Assembly: GCA_027018875.1 (NCBI GenBank)
Contig: JALUYA010000001.1
Coordinates: forward strand, 13,457-77,456
Direction: 5' to 3'
Length of the DNA stretch: 64,000 nt
Source of the DNA: Gammaproteobacteria bacterium
GTDB lineage: Bacteria > Pseudomonadota > Gammaproteobacteria > JAKDMP01
Position numbers and translations under genes: made by a program. Shown here piece after piece: positions 18,689 to 31,088 of the stretch (position 1 is its first letter; each line of letters opens with the position of its first letter). The notes under the pieces were generated by a model. The model saw only the letters and a list, made by a program, of their open reading frames with translations. It was not told where the DNA came from and did no database searches.

Positions 18689-20617
18689 ATGAGCAAGATC
18701 ATTGGTATCGATTTAGGGACGACCAACTCCTGTGTTGCGGTTATGGAAGGGGGCAAGCCCAAGGTGATTCCGAACAGTGAGGGAGATCGGACCACGCCTT
18801 CCATCGTTGCCTTTACCAAAGACGATGAAGTCCTCGTGGGTCAACCGGCCAAACGCCAGGCGGTAACCAACCCCGCAAATACGCTCTTTGCAATCAAACG
18901 TTTGATTGGCCGGCGTTTTGATGATGCAGTTGTGCAGCGCGATATCGATATGGTGCCGTACGGGATTGTCAAGGCCGATAATGGTGATGCTTGGGTTGAT
19001 GTCCAAGGTAAGAAGATGGCCCCTCCCGAAATCTCCGCACGAGTATTGCAGAAGATGAAGAAAACTGCCGAGGACTATCTTGGAGAAGCGGTCACGGAGG
19101 CCGTTATTACCGTACCGGCATACTTCAACGACTCCCAGCGTCAGGCCACCAAGGATGCCGGAAAGATTGCTGGTCTGGATGTCAAACGAATTATTAATGA
19201 GCCCACCGCGGCGGCCTTGGCCTATGGGATGGACAAGAAACATGGGGATCAGAAAATCGCCGTCTATGATCTGGGGGGGGGGACCTTCGACATATCGATC
19301 ATTGAGATTGCGGAGATAGATGGCGAGCACCAATTCGAGGTTTTAGCCACCAACGGCGATACCTTCCTGGGTGGTGAGGACTTCGATAAACAGGTGATTG
19401 ACTATCTTGCCCGGGAGTTCGAGAAAGAGCAGGGCATCGATGTACGCAAGGATCCGCTGGCCATGCAGCGCCTTAAAGAATCTGCCGAGAAGGCGAAGAT
19501 CGAGTTATCTTCGGCACAACAGACCGAGGTGAACCTGCCCTATATCACGGCTGATCAGAGTGGTCCCAAGCATCTCAACGTCAAACTGACGCGAGCCAAG
19601 CTTGAGGCGTTGGTGGAAGAGCTGATCGAACGAACGCTTGAACCCTGCAAGGTGGCCCTCAAAGATGCTGGCCTTACGGTTTCCGAGATCAATGACGTGA
19701 TTCTGGTCGGTGGGCAGATCCGTATGCCCAAGGTTCAGGAAACCGTGAAAAAATTCTTCGGTAAAGAACCCCGTAAAGACGTTAATCCGGATGAGGCCGT
19801 GGCTATTGGCGCCGCGATCCAGGGCGGGGTACTCGGCGGTGAGGTCAAGGATGTATTGTTACTTGACGTAACCCCGCTCTCGTTGGGTATCGAAACTCTG
19901 GGTGGGGTGATGACCAAGTTGATTGATAAGAATACGACCATTCCGACCAAGGCAACCCAGGTATTCTCCACGGCCGATGACAACCAGACGGCGGTCACGG
20001 TGCATGTGCTTCAGGGAGAGCGTGAAATGGCACGTGATAACAAGTCTCTGGGGCGGTTCGACTTAACCGACATTCCTTCGGCTCCCCGGGGAATGCCGCA
20101 GATCGAGGTTACATTTGATATTGATGCTAACGGCATCTTGCATGTTTCGGCGAAGGATAAGGCCACGGGGAAGGAAAATCGGATTGAGATCAAGGCCTCT
20201 TCCGGGCTGAGCGAGGAGGAAGTGCAGCGGATGGTGCACGATGCCGAAGCCCATGCCGAAGAAGATCGAAAGGCCAGGGAGTTGGTCGATGCCCGTAATC
20301 AGGCCGATGCGCTGATCCATGCGAGCGAAAAATCCCTCCAGGAATTGGGTGAAAAGGTGGGGGGCGCCGAGCGGGCGGAATTGGAGTCCGCCATTGCCGA
20401 ATTGCGCGAGGCGGTCAAGGGGGATGACAAGATCCGTATCGAAACCAAGACCCGGGCGTTGGGAGAGGCGTCGGCTAAGCTGGTCCAAAATGCGCAGCAA
20501 GCGCAGGCCCAGGCTGCCGCCGGCGATGCGGCATCGGCAGCGAGTAGCAGCGACGCTACCAAGGAGGAAGATGTGGTCGATGCGGAGTTCGAAGAAGTGA
20601 AGGATGAGAAGAAGTGA
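18689..20617 (+). CDS. dnaK: molecular chaperone DnaK (Hsp70)
   Basis: [26 protein letters not shown] and other Hsp70 signatures; GGAGAGG RBS. Start moved to the ATG at 18689; the listed ORF starts at a TTG at 18662. Confidence 0.95.
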   Translation: MSKIIGIDLGTTNSCVAVMEGGKPKVIPNSEGDRTTPSIVAFTKDDEVLVGQPAKRQAVTNPANTLFAIKRLIGRRFDDAVVQRDIDMVPYGIVKADNGDAWVDVQGKKMAPPEISARVLQKMKKTAEDYLGEAVTEAVITVPAYFNDSQRQATKDAGKIAGLDVKRIINEPTAAALAYGMDKKHGDQKIAVYDLGGGTFDISIIEIAEIDGEHQFEVLATNGDTFLGGEDFDKQVIDYLAREFEKEQGIDVRKDPLAMQRLKESAEKAKIELSSAQQTEVNLPYITADQSGPKHLNVKLTRAKLEALVEELIERTLEPCKVALKDAGLTVSEINDVILVGGQIRMPKVQETVKKFFGKEPRKDVNPDEAVAIGAAIQGGVLGGEVKDVLLLDVTPLSLGIETLGGVMTKLIDKNTTIPTKATQVFSTADDNQTAVTVHVLQGEREMARDNKSLGRFDLTDIPSAPRGMPQIEVTFDIDANGILHVSAKDKATGKENRIEIKASSGLSEEEVQRMVHDAEAHAEEDRKARELVDARNQADALIHASEKSLQELGEKVGGAERAELESAIAELREAVKGDDKIRIETKTRALGEASAKLVQNAQQAQAQAAAGDAASAASSSDATKEEDVVDAEFEEVKDEKK

Positions 20618-20669
20618 TTTTGCTTATGAGGTATTGCACCTCGGCGGGCCCTGGTGGTGAACGGTAGTT

Positions 20670-21791
20670 ATGGCACGCGATTATTACGAGGTGTTGGGTG
20701 TTAGCCGGGGTGCCTCTCCGGCTGAAATAAAGCAAGCCTATCGGCGGCTGGCGATGAAATATCACCCGGATCGCAATCCGGGTGACCCGGGAGCCGCCGA
20801 GCGCTTCAAGGAATTGGGTGAGGCCTACGAAGTATTGAGCAATTCCTCCAAGCGGCAAGCCTACGACCAATTCGGCCACGCCGGCGTGCGCGCCGGGGCG
20901 GGAATGGGGGGAGGGGCCGGCCACGTGGACCCGGCCGATATTTTCGGGGATATCTTTGGAGATATCTTCGGCATGGGCGGAGGGCGTCGCCGGACCCAAC
21001 GGGGCGAGGATCTCAGTTATGAACTTGAGATCGAACTCGAACAAGTTGCACGGGGCGGGGATATTGTTATCGAGGTACCACGGCGGGTCGGTTGTGGGGT
21101 TTGCCGTGGCACCGGGGCTGCACCGGGCAGCAAACCGGGCGTGTGTCCTAGTTGCGGCGGTCAGGGTCAGGTTCGCATACAGCAGGGGTTCTTCACCCTC
21201 CAGCAGACCTGTCCGCAGTGTCGTGGGCGGGGTGAGGTTATCGGTACCCCCTGCCCCGAATGCCGCGGCAATGGCTTCGAGCGCAAGATATCGCGGTTGC
21301 GTGTACGGATTCCACGTGGTGTGGATGAGGGTACATTGATCCGGCTTTCCGGTCAGGGTGACGCCGGACCTCGTGGTGCCGCATCCGGAGATTTGTACGT
21401 GCAAATCCATATTAAACCGCATCCAATTTTTCGGCGTGATGGTGCCGATTTAATTTGTGAACTTCCGGTTGGCTATGCCGATGTTGTGCTCGGCGCCGAG
21501 GTGGAAATCCCTACTTTGGAGGGGCAGGGCACGCTCAGAATCCCGGCCGGAACCCAGAGTGGGCGCCATCTCCGGGTGCGGGGAAAGGGGTTGCCGACAC
21601 CTCACGGCGGGCGTGGTGATCTTTACTGCGTTGTGCGGGTGGAAACGCCGGTCAACCTCACTGTCGAGCAGAAACGCCTCGTTGAACAGTTGGATGCTAG
21701 TCTGCGGGCGGGCGGTGTGCGTCACCGGCCTGCCGAAAATGAGAGTTGGGCGGGTAAGGTTAAAAGTTTTTTTGAACAGTTAGCCGGATGA
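20670..21791 (+). CDS. dnaJ: molecular chaperone DnaJ
   Basis: J-domain with HPD ([10 protein letters not shown]), Gly-rich linker, four CxxCxGxG zinc-finger repeats. Confidence 0.95.
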   Translation: MARDYYEVLGVSRGASPAEIKQAYRRLAMKYHPDRNPGDPGAAERFKELGEAYEVLSNSSKRQAYDQFGHAGVRAGAGMGGGAGHVDPADIFGDIFGDIFGMGGGRRRTQRGEDLSYELEIELEQVARGGDIVIEVPRRVGCGVCRGTGAAPGSKPGVCPSCGGQGQVRIQQGFFTLQQTCPQCRGRGEVIGTPCPECRGNGFERKISRLRVRIPRGVDEGTLIRLSGQGDAGPRGAASGDLYVQIHIKPHPIFRRDGADLICELPVGYADVVLGAEVEIPTLEGQGTLRIPAGTQSGRHLRVRGKGLPTPHGGRGDLYCVVRVETPVNLTVEQKRLVEQLDASLRAGGVRHRPAENESWAGKVKSFFEQLAG

Positions 21792-22570
21792 GTATTGCCG
21801 TTGCCATTGCCGGCGCAAGTGGACGCATGGGCCGGGAATTGGTGCGTCATCTGTCCTTGTCACCCGGAGATTTTCGCCTGTGTGCCGCCTGGGTCGGTCC
21901 GAACAGCCGATGGCGGGGCCGAGACGTGGGTGAGGTGGTTGGAGCCGGGGTGCAGGGAGTGGTTTTTACGCCCCCAGGCGAGGTGGTGGGCGGCTGTGAT
22001 GTCGTAATTGATTTTTCCATTGCCCAGGCCTGTCCCATGATTGGCGAGGCGGCGATTCTGTGTGGAGCGGCCTGGGTTTGCGGAACCACGGGGCTCGATC
22101 AATCGGGTGAAACCGCATTGGCGCGGGCGGCGGAATTCATTCCTGTCTTGTATGCCGCTAATTTCAGCCCGGCCATGGCGGTGATGGAGGAATTGGTTAC
22201 GCGGGCCGCGCACAGGCTGGGCCCGGGCTTCGATGTGGAAATTCTGGAGTTGCACCACCGGGGCAAGTCCGATATTCCCTCGGGGACGGCTTTGATGCTG
22301 GGACGTGCCGCCGGGGGTACCAATCCGGGACGGATTCGTGCGACACCTCGGAATGGGGATGAGGTAGGCTATGCCGCCTTGCGTGGAGGGCGCGTTCCCG
22401 GGGAGCATACCGTGTTTTTTCTCGGTGATGGCGAGCGCCTGGAGCTTGTCCACCGGGTACATGATCGAGGAATTTTTGCCCGGGGAGCGTTGGCCGCAGC
22501 GCAAGTGTTGAGCCTCCGGTCGCCCGGGCGCTATCATATCGGTGAGGTCTTGCTCACGCGCAAAAATTGA
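21788..22570 (+). CDS. dapB: 4-hydroxy-tetrahydrodipicolinate reductase DapB
   Basis: [10 protein letters not shown] and [16 protein letters not shown] motifs; followed by carAB, as in E. coli. Confidence 0.85.
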   Translation: MSIAVAIAGASGRMGRELVRHLSLSPGDFRLCAAWVGPNSRWRGRDVGEVVGAGVQGVVFTPPGEVVGGCDVVIDFSIAQACPMIGEAAILCGAAWVCGTTGLDQSGETALARAAEFIPVLYAANFSPAMAVMEELVTRAAHRLGPGFDVEILELHHRGKSDIPSGTALMLGRAAGGTNPGRIRATPRNGDEVGYAALRGGRVPGEHTVFFLGDGERLELVHRVHDRGIFARGALAAAQVLSLRSPGRYHIGEVLLTRKN

Positions 22571-22649
22571 GCACCCGTTACAATAACCCGCCGACGGGGC
22601 CTTTTAATTCGGCACCGCTCGTGCGAGGCTTTATCCAAGCGAGGGATCC

Positions 22650-23756
22650 GTGTTGCATACCGCTATTCTGGCCCTGGAGGACGGCAGCATCTTCCGGGGT
22701 GACTCTTTTGGTGCGCCCGGGGTGGCGGTTGGAGAAGTCGTGTTCAATACCGCCATGAGTGGTTATCAGGAAATCCTGAGTGACCCCTCCTATACCCGCC
22801 AATTGGTTTGCCTGACCGCGGCTCATATTGGCAATGTGGGCGTTAACCCCCAGGACATGGAATCGGATGCGGTTCATGCCGAAGGACTGATTGTCCGTGA
22901 AGCCGGTCCGGGCCCCTCGAGTTGGCGCGCCCGTGGGTCGTTACCCGATTTTTTGCTGGAGGCGGGACGTCCGGCAATTAGCGGCGTGGATACGCGCCGT
23001 CTTACTCGGATTTTGCGTACCCGGGGAGCACTGTCCGGCTGCCTGGCCACCGGGCTGGATGAAACGGAAGCCCGGGAGCGCGCATGCGCCTTCCCCGGAC
23101 TTGTGGGTATGGATTTGACGGAAAGTGTGAGTACCCGATCCGCCTATGACTGGAGCGAACCCCTGTGGGGCGGCAGGCAGATGGAACCGATGCATTTTCG
23201 GGTCGTGGTGTATGACTTCGGCGTCAAACGCAATATTCTCCGCTCACTGGTCAGTCAGGGATGCTCGGTGCGGGTGGTCCCGGCCCGGACTCCTGCCGCC
23301 CAGGTACTGGCGTCCAATCCCGATGGGGTGGTGCTCTCGAACGGCCCAGGAGATCCTGCTGCCTGCGGCTATGCTATTGCAGCAACCCGTGAGCTCCTCG
23401 CGGCGGGAATTCCCCTGCTGGGAATTTGTCTCGGGCATCAGTTGCTGGGGCTGGCGAGTGGAGCATCTACCGTCAAGACCAAATTCGGGCATCACGGGGC
23501 CAACCATCCGGTGCTTGAGCTGGGGACCCGCCAGGTGTGGATTACGAGCCAGAACCACGGGTTTGCGATCGACGGGGATAGCCTGCCCGATACGCTGAGG
23601 CAGACGCATGTATCGCTGTTCGACGGTACCCTACAGGGCATTGCCCGGTGCGATGTTCCGGCCATAGGCTTTCAAGGACACCCGGAGGCCGGTCCCGGAA
23701 CCCATGATGCAGCCCCCATGTTTCAACGATTTATCGATCTGATGAGGGCCGGCTGA
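22650..23756 (+). CDS. carA: carbamoyl-phosphate synthase small subunit CarA
   Basis: [12 protein letters not shown]-terminus. Glutamine amidotransferase Cys in GICLGHQLL, with catalytic H and E. GTG start. Confidence 0.9.
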   Translation: MLHTAILALEDGSIFRGDSFGAPGVAVGEVVFNTAMSGYQEILSDPSYTRQLVCLTAAHIGNVGVNPQDMESDAVHAEGLIVREAGPGPSSWRARGSLPDFLLEAGRPAISGVDTRRLTRILRTRGALSGCLATGLDETEARERACAFPGLVGMDLTESVSTRSAYDWSEPLWGGRQMEPMHFRVVVYDFGVKRNILRSLVSQGCSVRVVPARTPAAQVLASNPDGVVLSNGPGDPAACGYAIAATRELLAAGIPLLGICLGHQLLGLASGASTVKTKFGHHGANHPVLELGTRQVWITSQNHGFAIDGDSLPDTLRQTHVSLFDGTLQGIARCDVPAIGFQGHPEAGPGTHDAAPMFQRFIDLMRAG

Positions 23757-26700
23757 TGCCCCGACGTGGCGATTTGGCGACAATCCTGGTGATCGGAGCT
23801 GGACCGATTGTGATCGGCCAGGCATGTGAATTCGATTATTCCGGCACTCAGGCCGTCAAGGCTCTGCGTGAAGAGGGTTACCGGGTGGTGCTGGTGAATT
23901 CCAACCCGGCCACCATCATGACCGACCCGGAGACCGCCGATGCAGTCTATATCGAGCCGATACACTGGAAGACCGTGGCGAGCGTGATCGAGCGGGAACG
24001 GCCCGACGCGTTGCTACCGACCATGGGTGGGCAGACCGCGCTTAACTGTGCCCTCGACCTGGTCCGTGAAGGCGTACTCGAAAAACATGGAGTAGAGTTG
24101 ATCGGGGCCTCACGTAAGGCGATCGATGTTGCCGAGGACCGGGAGCGGTTTCGTGAGGCTATGCATGAAATCGGGCTGGAGACGCCGCGTTCAGGGATGG
24201 CGCATAACCTGGAAGAGGCACTTGAGATTCAGCGCGGGGTGGGGTTCCCTACCATCATTCGGCCCTCTTTTACTCTTGGCGGATCCGGTGGCGGCATTGC
24301 TTACAACCGGGATGAATTCGTGGAAATCTGTGAGGTGGGGCTGGATCTTTCACCCACTTCGGAGCTTTTGATCGAGGAGTCGTTGCTGGGCTGGAAAGAG
24401 TTCGAAATGGAGGTGGTACGCGACTGCAAGGATAATTGCATCATTGTCTGTTCCATTGAGAACCTGGATCCCATGGGGGTGCATACGGGTGATTCGATCA
24501 CCGTGGCGCCGGCACAGACGCTCACCGACAAGGAGTACCAGCGCATGCGCGATGCTTCGTTAGCGGTGTTGCGCCGGGTTGGGGTGGAGACCGGGGGTTC
24601 CAATGTGCAGTTTGCGGTCGATCCCGTAATAGGCCGGATGTTTGTCATAGAGATGAACCCGAGGGTGTCGCGTTCCTCCGCCCTGGCATCGAAGGCAACC
24701 GGGTTCCCGATTGCGCGGGTGGCGGCAAAGCTGGCCGTAGGCTACACGCTCGATGAGCTTAGGAACGATATTACCGGTGGCTTGATTCCAGCCTCTTTCG
24801 AGCCGTCTATCGATTATGTGGTAACTAAAATACCCCGTTTCGATTTTGCCAAGTTTCCGGGAGCGAGTGACCGATTGACCACGCAGATGCATTCGGTGGG
24901 CGAGGCCATGAGCATTGGCCGGAGTTTTACCGAATCCCTGCAAAAGGCTATGCGTAGCCTGGAGTCCGGGGTCGATGGGCTCGACCCTATGTGGCGGGAT
25001 GAAGGTCCGGAATCGCATGATCGGTTGATGCGTGAATTACGCCAGACCGGACCGCGTCGCCTGTGGTATGTTGCCGACGCATTCCGCGCCGGATACACGC
25101 TTGATAAGATCCAGCAGGCTACCCATATCGACCCATGGTATCTGGCCACGTTGAAGCGTTTGGTCGAGGAAGAGAGGGGTATTGTTGCGGGGGGGATGGG
25201 GGTGCTGGATCACGATCGTTTGTTGCGCATCAAGCGGCTTGGCTTTTCCGACCGGCGTATCGCCCGCCTGCTCGATTGTCATGAAGATAAGGTCAGGGCG
25301 TTACGTTGGCGCCATGGGGTGCGCCCGGTCTACAAACAGGTGGATTCGTGTGCCGCGGAATTTCCTTCCACTACGGCCTATTTGTATTCGACTTATGAAG
25401 AAGAGAGCGAGGCTGAGCCTACCGATCGGCGCAAGATCATGATACTTGGCGGGGGGCCTAATCGGATCGGGCAGGGTATCGAATTTGACTATTGTTGTGT
25501 GCATGCCTCTCTGGCGTTGAAGGAGGTCGGATTCGAGACCATCATGGTGAATTGCAACCCGGAGACGGTTTCTACCGATTTTGATATTTCGGACCGCCTG
25601 TATTTCGAGCCGTTGACGTTCGAGGATGTGATTGAGATTATTGCGCGGGAGCAGCCCGAGGGAATAATCGTGCAATTCGGCGGACAGACACCGCTTAAGC
25701 TGGCCCGACCGCTTGAGGCGGCGGGGGTGCCCATAATCGGAACCTCTCCCGATGCCATCGACCGGGCCGAGGACCGGGGACGCTTCCAACGGCTTATTAA
25801 CCGACTCGGCTTGCGCCAGCCGGTCAACTACACCGCGCATACCGAGGCCGAAGCACTCAGGTTGGCGGCTGATGTTGGCTTTCCGCTTATCGTGCGGCCT
25901 TCCTATGTGTTAGGGGGGCGGGCAATGGAAACGGTGTATAACGAAGAAGATTTACTCGAATACATGCATCGCGCCATTACCTTATCAAATAATTCTCCGG
26001 TGTTACTTGACCACTTTTTGGATGCGGCGATTGAAGTGGATGTCGATGCGGTCGCCGATGGCGAGCGGGTAGTGATTGGCGGTATTATGGAACACGTTGA
26101 ACAGGCGGGAGTCCATTCGGGCGATTCAGGTTACTCCTTGCCTCCGCATACCTTGTCGGTCGAGGTTCAAGCAGAAATTACCCGACAGGTTGAATTGATG
26201 GCTCGTGATCTGGGTGTGATCGGGCTGATGAATGTCCAGTTTGCCATTCAAAACAGCTTGATTCATGTGTTGGAGGTCAACCCGCGGGCATCGCGCTCGG
26301 TACCCTTTGTTTCCAAGGCAACCGGATTGCCCTTGGCCCGGGTGGCGGCGCTGGCCATGGCAGGGCGCCTTTTGGAGACGCAGGGAGTTACCAAGATGCC
26401 ACGGCCCGGGTATTACTCGGTAAAAGAGTCGGTATTTCCGTTTATTAAGTTTCGCGGTGCCGACCCGATTCTAGGTCCGGAAATGAAGTCCACCGGTGAG
26501 GTTATGGGAACTGGATCGAGCTTCGGCGAGGCCTACGCCAAGGCCCAGTTTGCCTCCGGCGTTATACTTCCAACAAGCGGCCGGGCACTGCTTTCGGTAC
26601 GTGATATCGACAAGCCCGCTTGCATCGGGTTGGCTCGCCAGCTTTTGGATCGAGGTTTCGAGTTGGTTGCCACCCATGGTACGGCGCAGGCGATTTGTGC

Positions 26701-26974
26701 GGCCGGGGTGGCCTGCGAGGGGATTAACAAGGTTCGAGAAGGTCGCCCGCATGTGGTTGATCTGATCAAGAACGATGAACTCAGCCTGATAGTCAATACG
26801 ACCGAAGGCAAACGGGCGATTGAGGAATCGGTTTCAATTCGCCGCGAGGCCGTGGCGCACAAGGTAACCTACTATACGACCATTGCTGCAGCCATGGCGA
26901 CGGTGCAGGCTATGGACTACATCGATATGGCGGGAGTTAATGAATTGAAGGTCTTGCATAGGAGATCGACATGA
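23756..26974 (+). CDS. carB: carbamoyl-phosphate synthase large subunit CarB
   Basis: 1072 aa with duplicated ATP-grasp halves and an MGS-like C-terminal domain. ATGA overlap with carA. Confidence 0.95.
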   Translation: MPRRGDLATILVIGAGPIVIGQACEFDYSGTQAVKALREEGYRVVLVNSNPATIMTDPETADAVYIEPIHWKTVASVIERERPDALLPTMGGQTALNCALDLVREGVLEKHGVELIGASRKAIDVAEDRERFREAMHEIGLETPRSGMAHNLEEALEIQRGVGFPTIIRPSFTLGGSGGGIAYNRDEFVEICEVGLDLSPTSELLIEESLLGWKEFEMEVVRDCKDNCIIVCSIENLDPMGVHTGDSITVAPAQTLTDKEYQRMRDASLAVLRRVGVETGGSNVQFAVDPVIGRMFVIEMNPRVSRSSALASKATGFPIARVAAKLAVGYTLDELRNDITGGLIPASFEPSIDYVVTKIPRFDFAKFPGASDRLTTQMHSVGEAMSIGRSFTESLQKAMRSLESGVDGLDPMWRDEGPESHDRLMRELRQTGPRRLWYVADAFRAGYTLDKIQQATHIDPWYLATLKRLVEEERGIVAGGMGVLDHDRLLRIKRLGFSDRRIARLLDCHEDKVRALRWRHGVRPVYKQVDSCAAEFPSTTAYLYSTYEEESEAEPTDRRKIMILGGGPNRIGQGIEFDYCCVHASLALKEVGFETIMVNCNPETVSTDFDISDRLYFEPLTFEDVIEIIAREQPEGIIVQFGGQTPLKLARPLEAAGVPIIGTSPDAIDRAEDRGRFQRLINRLGLRQPVNYTAHTEAEALRLAADVGFPLIVRPSYVLGGRAMETVYNEEDLLEYMHRAITLSNNSPVLLDHFLDAAIEVDVDAVADGERVVIGGIMEHVEQAGVHSGDSGYSLPPHTLSVEVQAEITRQVELMARDLGVIGLMNVQFAIQNSLIHVLEVNPRASRSVPFVSKATGLPLARVAALAMAGRLLETQGVTKMPRPGYYSVKESVFPFIKFRGADPILGPEMKSTGEVMGTGSSFGEAYAKAQFASGVILPTSGRALLSVRDIDKPACIGLARQLLDRGFELVATHGTAQAICAAGVACEGINKVREGRPHVVDLIKNDELSLIVNTTEGKRAIEESVSIRREAVAHKVTYYTTIAAAMATVQAMDYIDMAGVNELKVLHRRST

Positions 26975-27444
26975 GTCGTATTCCATTAACAGTTCACGGT
27001 GCTGAAATGCTTCGCGAGGAACTTAAACGTCTGAAAAGTCGGGATCGGCCACGCGTGGTTGCAGCCATTGCCGAGGCCCGGGCGCACGGTGATCTTCGCG
27101 AGAATGCCGAGTATCATGCGGCCAAGGAACAACAGGGCTTTATCGAGGCCCGTATCCGCGAGATCGAGTTTAAGCTATCCTTGGCCGAAGTAATCGATGT
27201 TACCCGCCTTAAATTGGAAGGGAAGGTGGTATTTGGGGCGACAGTTGTTGTCTCTGAAGGCGGACAGGAGGAGCAGACCTACCGGATAGTCGGTGAGGAC
27301 GAGGCTGATATTCGTGATGGCTTGGTTTCAATTGGTTCCCCCTTGGCACGGGCATTGATTGGGCACCACGAGGGGGATGAGGTTCGTGTTGCCGCCCCGA
27401 GCGGTGATCGGCTGCTCGAAATTCTGGAGGTTCGTTACGAATAA
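26971..27444 (+). CDS. greA: transcription elongation factor GreA
   Basis: [19 protein letters not shown]...[13 protein letters not shown]; ~157 aa. Confidence 0.9.
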   Translation: MSRIPLTVHGAEMLREELKRLKSRDRPRVVAAIAEARAHGDLRENAEYHAAKEQQGFIEARIREIEFKLSLAEVIDVTRLKLEGKVVFGATVVVSEGGQEEQTYRIVGEDEADIRDGLVSIGSPLARALIGHHEGDEVRVAAPSGDRLLEILEVRYE

Positions 27445-27570
27445 GTTTTCTTTCTCGCGATCCTGCCGTTCTAGAAACCGGCAATGGCAGCGCAGAAATC
27501 TGCAAGAACCATTGTGCCGCGATTGGCGCGGATGGCACAGTCTGGGAAAATTTTGGGCGAGACCGTTCTG

Positions 27571-28191
27571 ATGGCGGCCGGGCGCAAGGCGAAACGGCGC
27601 TGGGCGCAGACCCAGGCTCATGACCCCTGGGTAAGACGGGCACGCAACCGGGGGTTGCCATCCAGGGCGGCATTCAAATTGGAGGAAATAGCGGCACGCC
27701 ATAGCTTGTTCAAGCCGGGCTTATCGATCCTGGAACTGGGATCCGCACCCGGGGGATGGACGCGACTCGCCGCGGCGGGTGTGGCTCCCCGTGGACGGGT
27801 GGTGGCAGTGGACCGGCTGGACATGGTTCCTCCTGCCGGGGTGTGTTTTATCCGTGGGGATCTGGCCAGTGCGCAAACACGCAACGAGGTACTGATGGCG
27901 CTTTCCGGCAAGGCCGATCTTGTGATTTGCGATCTTGCCCCCAACTTGACGGGTATACGCGATGTTGATGAAGCAAATCAGGTGGAATTGTCCTCCTTGG
28001 CGGCCGAAATGGCGGAGCTGGCATTGGGTGATGGCGGAAGTTTTCTTATTAAGGCCTTCATGGGGCTGGGTAGTACCGCGTTGGAATCGCGGCTTGCGGG
28101 TAAATATCGAAATGTCCGGTCGCTCAAGCCCGCGGCTTCACGCGCAGGCAGCAAAGAATTTTATTTTCTCGCTCAAGGATATCAACCTTGA
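27571..28191 (+). CDS. rlmE: 23S rRNA (uridine2552-2'-O)-methyltransferase RlmE (FtsJ)
   Basis: SRAAFKLEEI and LGSAPGGW SAM motifs, GDL, and the DLAPN region align with E. coli RlmE. Start chosen from that alignment; the listed ORF begins at 27484. Confidence 0.8.
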   Translation: MAAGRKAKRRWAQTQAHDPWVRRARNRGLPSRAAFKLEEIAARHSLFKPGLSILELGSAPGGWTRLAAAGVAPRGRVVAVDRLDMVPPAGVCFIRGDLASAQTRNEVLMALSGKADLVICDLAPNLTGIRDVDEANQVELSSLAAEMAELALGDGGSFLIKAFMGLGSTALESRLAGKYRNVRSLKPAASRAGSKEFYFLAQGYQP

Positions 28192-28279
28192 GGATAAGAC
28201 TAGCCACAGGAAGGTCGGACGCGTTATAGTGAAATATGCCTGAGCCCTGAGGATTTGGGGTGTTGGAGGATGGATTAGA

Positions 28280-30208
28280 GTGAAATTTAATGACATTACC
28301 AAGCAGTTGCTTTTAGCGGGCGTTGTTGTTGTCGCTGCACTGCTGATTTTTAACAGCTTTGGGCCGAAGAAGCCCCAGGCACAGAAAATCGATTACTCAA
28401 CCTTTATTCAAGAGGTGAATAATGGCAATGTAAGGTCGGTGAGTTTCGAGCAGAATTTCATTAAGGGCGTGTTGACCTCCGGCGAAAGGTTTTCAACCTA
28501 TAGTCCAAATAATGATCATACCGGGTTAGTCAAGGATTTACTGCAGAATAAGATCCAGATCAACGCCAAACCGCCGGCTAAACCTTCGTTGTTGATGCAG
28601 ATCCTGGTGAGCTGGGCTCCCTGGATATTATTTATCGGCATTTGGTTTTATATCATGCGGCAGATGATGCAGGGTGCCGGGGGTGGTCGAGGGGCGATGT
28701 CGTTCGGGAAAAGCAAGGCCCGATTGATGAATGAGGATCAGGTGAAGGTGACTTTTGCCGACGTTGCCGGGGTGGATGAGGCCAAGGATGAGGTTTCTGA
28801 ACTGGTCGAATTTCTTCGAGACCCCGGAAAGTTCCAGCGTCTTGGCGGGCGTATTCCACGCGGAGTATTGATGATCGGCGCGCCGGGGACAGGAAAGACC
28901 CTGCTCGCCAAGGCCATTGCGGGTGAGGCCAAGGTTCCGTTCTTTTCTATCTCGGGATCCGATTTCGTTGAAATGTTTGTCGGTGTGGGTGCCTCACGGG
29001 TTCGGGATATGTTTGAGCAAGCTAAAAAAAATGCACCTTGCATTATTTTTATCGATGAAATCGATGCGGTAGGCCGACACCGTGGTGCCGGGTTAGGTGG
29101 GGGTCATGATGAGCGGGAACAGACGCTTAACCAATTATTGGTCGAGATGGATGGTTTTGAGGGTACCGAAGGGGTTATTGTGATTGCGGCAACCAATCGT
29201 CCCGATGTGCTGGATCCGGCATTACTCCGTCCGGGACGCTTCGATCGCCAGGTTACCGTGCCCCTGCCTGACGTGCGGGGGAGAGAGCAGATCCTCAAGG
29301 TTCATATGCGGAAATTACCCTTGTCCGACGATGTGCGCCCAGCGATCTTGGCCCGTGCCACACCGGGTTTTACCGGGGCGGATCTTGCGAATTTGACTAA
29401 TGAAGCGGCGCTGTTCGCCGCCCGCGGCAATCGCCGGGCGGTGGATATGGAAGCATTCGAGCGGGCCAAGGACAGGATCATAATGGGTGCCGAGCGGCGA
29501 TCCATGGTTATGAGTATGGAAGAAAAACGCCGCACTGCTTATCACGAAGCCGGGCATGCCATTGTCGGCCTCAATCTGCCCGAACATGATCCGGTTTACA
29601 AAATCACGATTATTCCTCGCGGACGCGCCCTGGGTTTGACTATGTTTCTCCCTGAAGAAGATCGCTACAGCATAAGCAAGCAACGTCTGATGAGCCAACT
29701 TTCCAGCTTGTTCGGGGGGCGCATCGCCGAGGAGATGGTTTTCGGCAAGGATCAGGTAACAACGGGAGCCTCGAATGACATTGAGCGGGCAACCGAAATC
29801 GCCCGGAACATGGTCACCCGCTGGGGCCTGTCCGAGCGGCTGGGGCCCTTGAATTATTCCGAGGAAGAGGGAGAGGTATTTCTTGGTCATTCGATGATGC
29901 GCCATAGCCAGGTTTCGGATGAAACCGCGAATGTCATTGATGAAGAGGTTCGCAAGATCATAGATAGCACTTATCAGCGGGGGCATGATATTCTCAGCGA
30001 AAATCGGGGCAAGCTCGATGCGATGGCTCAGGCGCTGATTAAGTATGAATCCATTGACAGTCGGCAGATTGACGAGATCATGGCTGGGAAAGAGATCTCT
30101 CCTCCACGAAACTGGACAGACTCGGATGACTTGTCCGACGACAGTTCTGTCGGGGTTGACACCGGCAAAGGCAAGGAGCCACTCGGTGGATCGGCAGGCC
30201 TGCATTAA
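28280..30208 (+). CDS. ftsH: ATP-dependent zinc metalloprotease FtsH
   Basis: AAA+ Walker A GAPGTGKT, second region of homology, HEAGH zinc site, two N-terminal transmembrane segments. Confidence 0.95.
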   Translation: MKFNDITKQLLLAGVVVVAALLIFNSFGPKKPQAQKIDYSTFIQEVNNGNVRSVSFEQNFIKGVLTSGERFSTYSPNNDHTGLVKDLLQNKIQINAKPPAKPSLLMQILVSWAPWILFIGIWFYIMRQMMQGAGGGRGAMSFGKSKARLMNEDQVKVTFADVAGVDEAKDEVSELVEFLRDPGKFQRLGGRIPRGVLMIGAPGTGKTLLAKAIAGEAKVPFFSISGSDFVEMFVGVGASRVRDMFEQAKKNAPCIIFIDEIDAVGRHRGAGLGGGHDEREQTLNQLLVEMDGFEGTEGVIVIAATNRPDVLDPALLRPGRFDRQVTVPLPDVRGREQILKVHMRKLPLSDDVRPAILARATPGFTGADLANLTNEAALFAARGNRRAVDMEAFERAKDRIIMGAERRSMVMSMEEKRRTAYHEAGHAIVGLNLPEHDPVYKITIIPRGRALGLTMFLPEEDRYSISKQRLMSQLSSLFGGRIAEEMVFGKDQVTTGASNDIERATEIARNMVTRWGLSERLGPLNYSEEEGEVFLGHSMMRHSQVSDETANVIDEEVRKIIDSTYQRGHDILSENRGKLDAMAQALIKYESIDSRQIDEIMAGKEISPPRNWTDSDDLSDDSSVGVDTGKGKEPLGGSAGLH

Positions 30209-30221
30209 GCCGATTTGACGC

Positions 30222-31088
30222 GTGCACCGCCGAGGGCTTGATTCATTTCCCGAGCTGGGTTGGCGGGATGGGACTTTACCGCTTGATCGGCCACGGGTCA
30301 TGGGTATCGTCAATGTAACACCGGATTCCTTTTCCGACGGAGGGCGTTTTCTGCAACCGGATGCTGCAGTGGATTATGCCTTGCGTTTGGTGGAAGAGGG
30401 GGCCGCCATTATCGATGTCGGGGGTGAATCGACTCGACCGGGAGCCGTACAACCCTCGGAGGAGACGGAAATCCGGCGAGTGGTTCCGGTTATAGAGCGT
30501 TTGGCAGCCGATCTTTCGGTGCCGATTTCGGTGGATACCAGTCGAGCTTCGGTAATCCGTGCTGCTACCCGTGCCGGGGCCTCGGTGGTGAACGATATTC
30601 GGGCATTGCGTGAGCCGGGGGCTTTCGATGCGGTTCTGGAGGCGGATTGTGCGGTTTGCTTGATGCATATGCGCGGAACCCCTCGTGATATGCAGATGCG
30701 GACAGATTACCGGGATTTGGTCGAAGAGGTATCGGTTTTTCTTCGCAAGCGTGTCCATGCTTGTGTGGATTCCGGTATGGCACCCAATCGGATTATGTTG
30801 GATCCCGGGTTTGGGTTCAGTAAAACCCTGGCGCATAATATGGAACTTCTAAGGCGGCTGCCGGAGCTACTTGATTTGGGATACCCACTACTGGTTGGCT
30901 TATCGAGAAAAGCAAGTATTGGCTTGATAACCGGGCGGGATCGGCCACGGGATCGGCTTGCCGGTTCATTGGCGGCTGCGGTTATCGCCGCTTGGCTGGG
31001 GGCTTCAATAGTCCGGGCGCATGATGTCAAGGACACCGTGGAAGCGCTTGCCATTGTCAGCGCGGTTCGCGAGGGGGATAAAGCATGA
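30222..31088 (+). CDS. folP: dihydropteroate synthase FolP
   Basis: VMGIVNVTPDSFSDGG, IIDVGGESTRPG and the rest of the pterin-binding domain. Confidence 0.9.
   Translation: MHRRGLDSFPELGWRDGTLPLDRPRVMGIVNVTPDSFSDGGRFLQPDAAVDYALRLVEEGAAIIDVGGESTRPGAVQPSEETEIRRVVPVIERLAADLSVPISVDTSRASVIRAATRAGASVVNDIRALREPGAFDAVLEADCAVCLMHMRGTPRDMQMRTDYRDLVEEVSVFLRKRVHACVDSGMAPNRIMLDPGFGFSKTLAHNMELLRRLPELLDLGYPLLVGLSRKASIGLITGRDRPRDRLAGSLAAAVIAAWLGASIVRAHDVKDTVEALAIVSAVREGDKA

Noticed and set aside
18713-19333. 206-aa ORF on the minus strand
   Set aside because: Lies entirely antisense to dnaK, a typical long spurious antisense frame in a GC-rich, highly expressed gene.
20556-21422. 288-aa ORF on the minus strand
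   Set aside because: Antisense to dnaJ, Pro/Gly/Ala-rich low-complexity translation.
29315-30313. 332-aa ORF on the minus strand
   Set aside because: Antisense to ftsH and folP; no family resemblance; explained by GC-rich codon bias of the sense genes.
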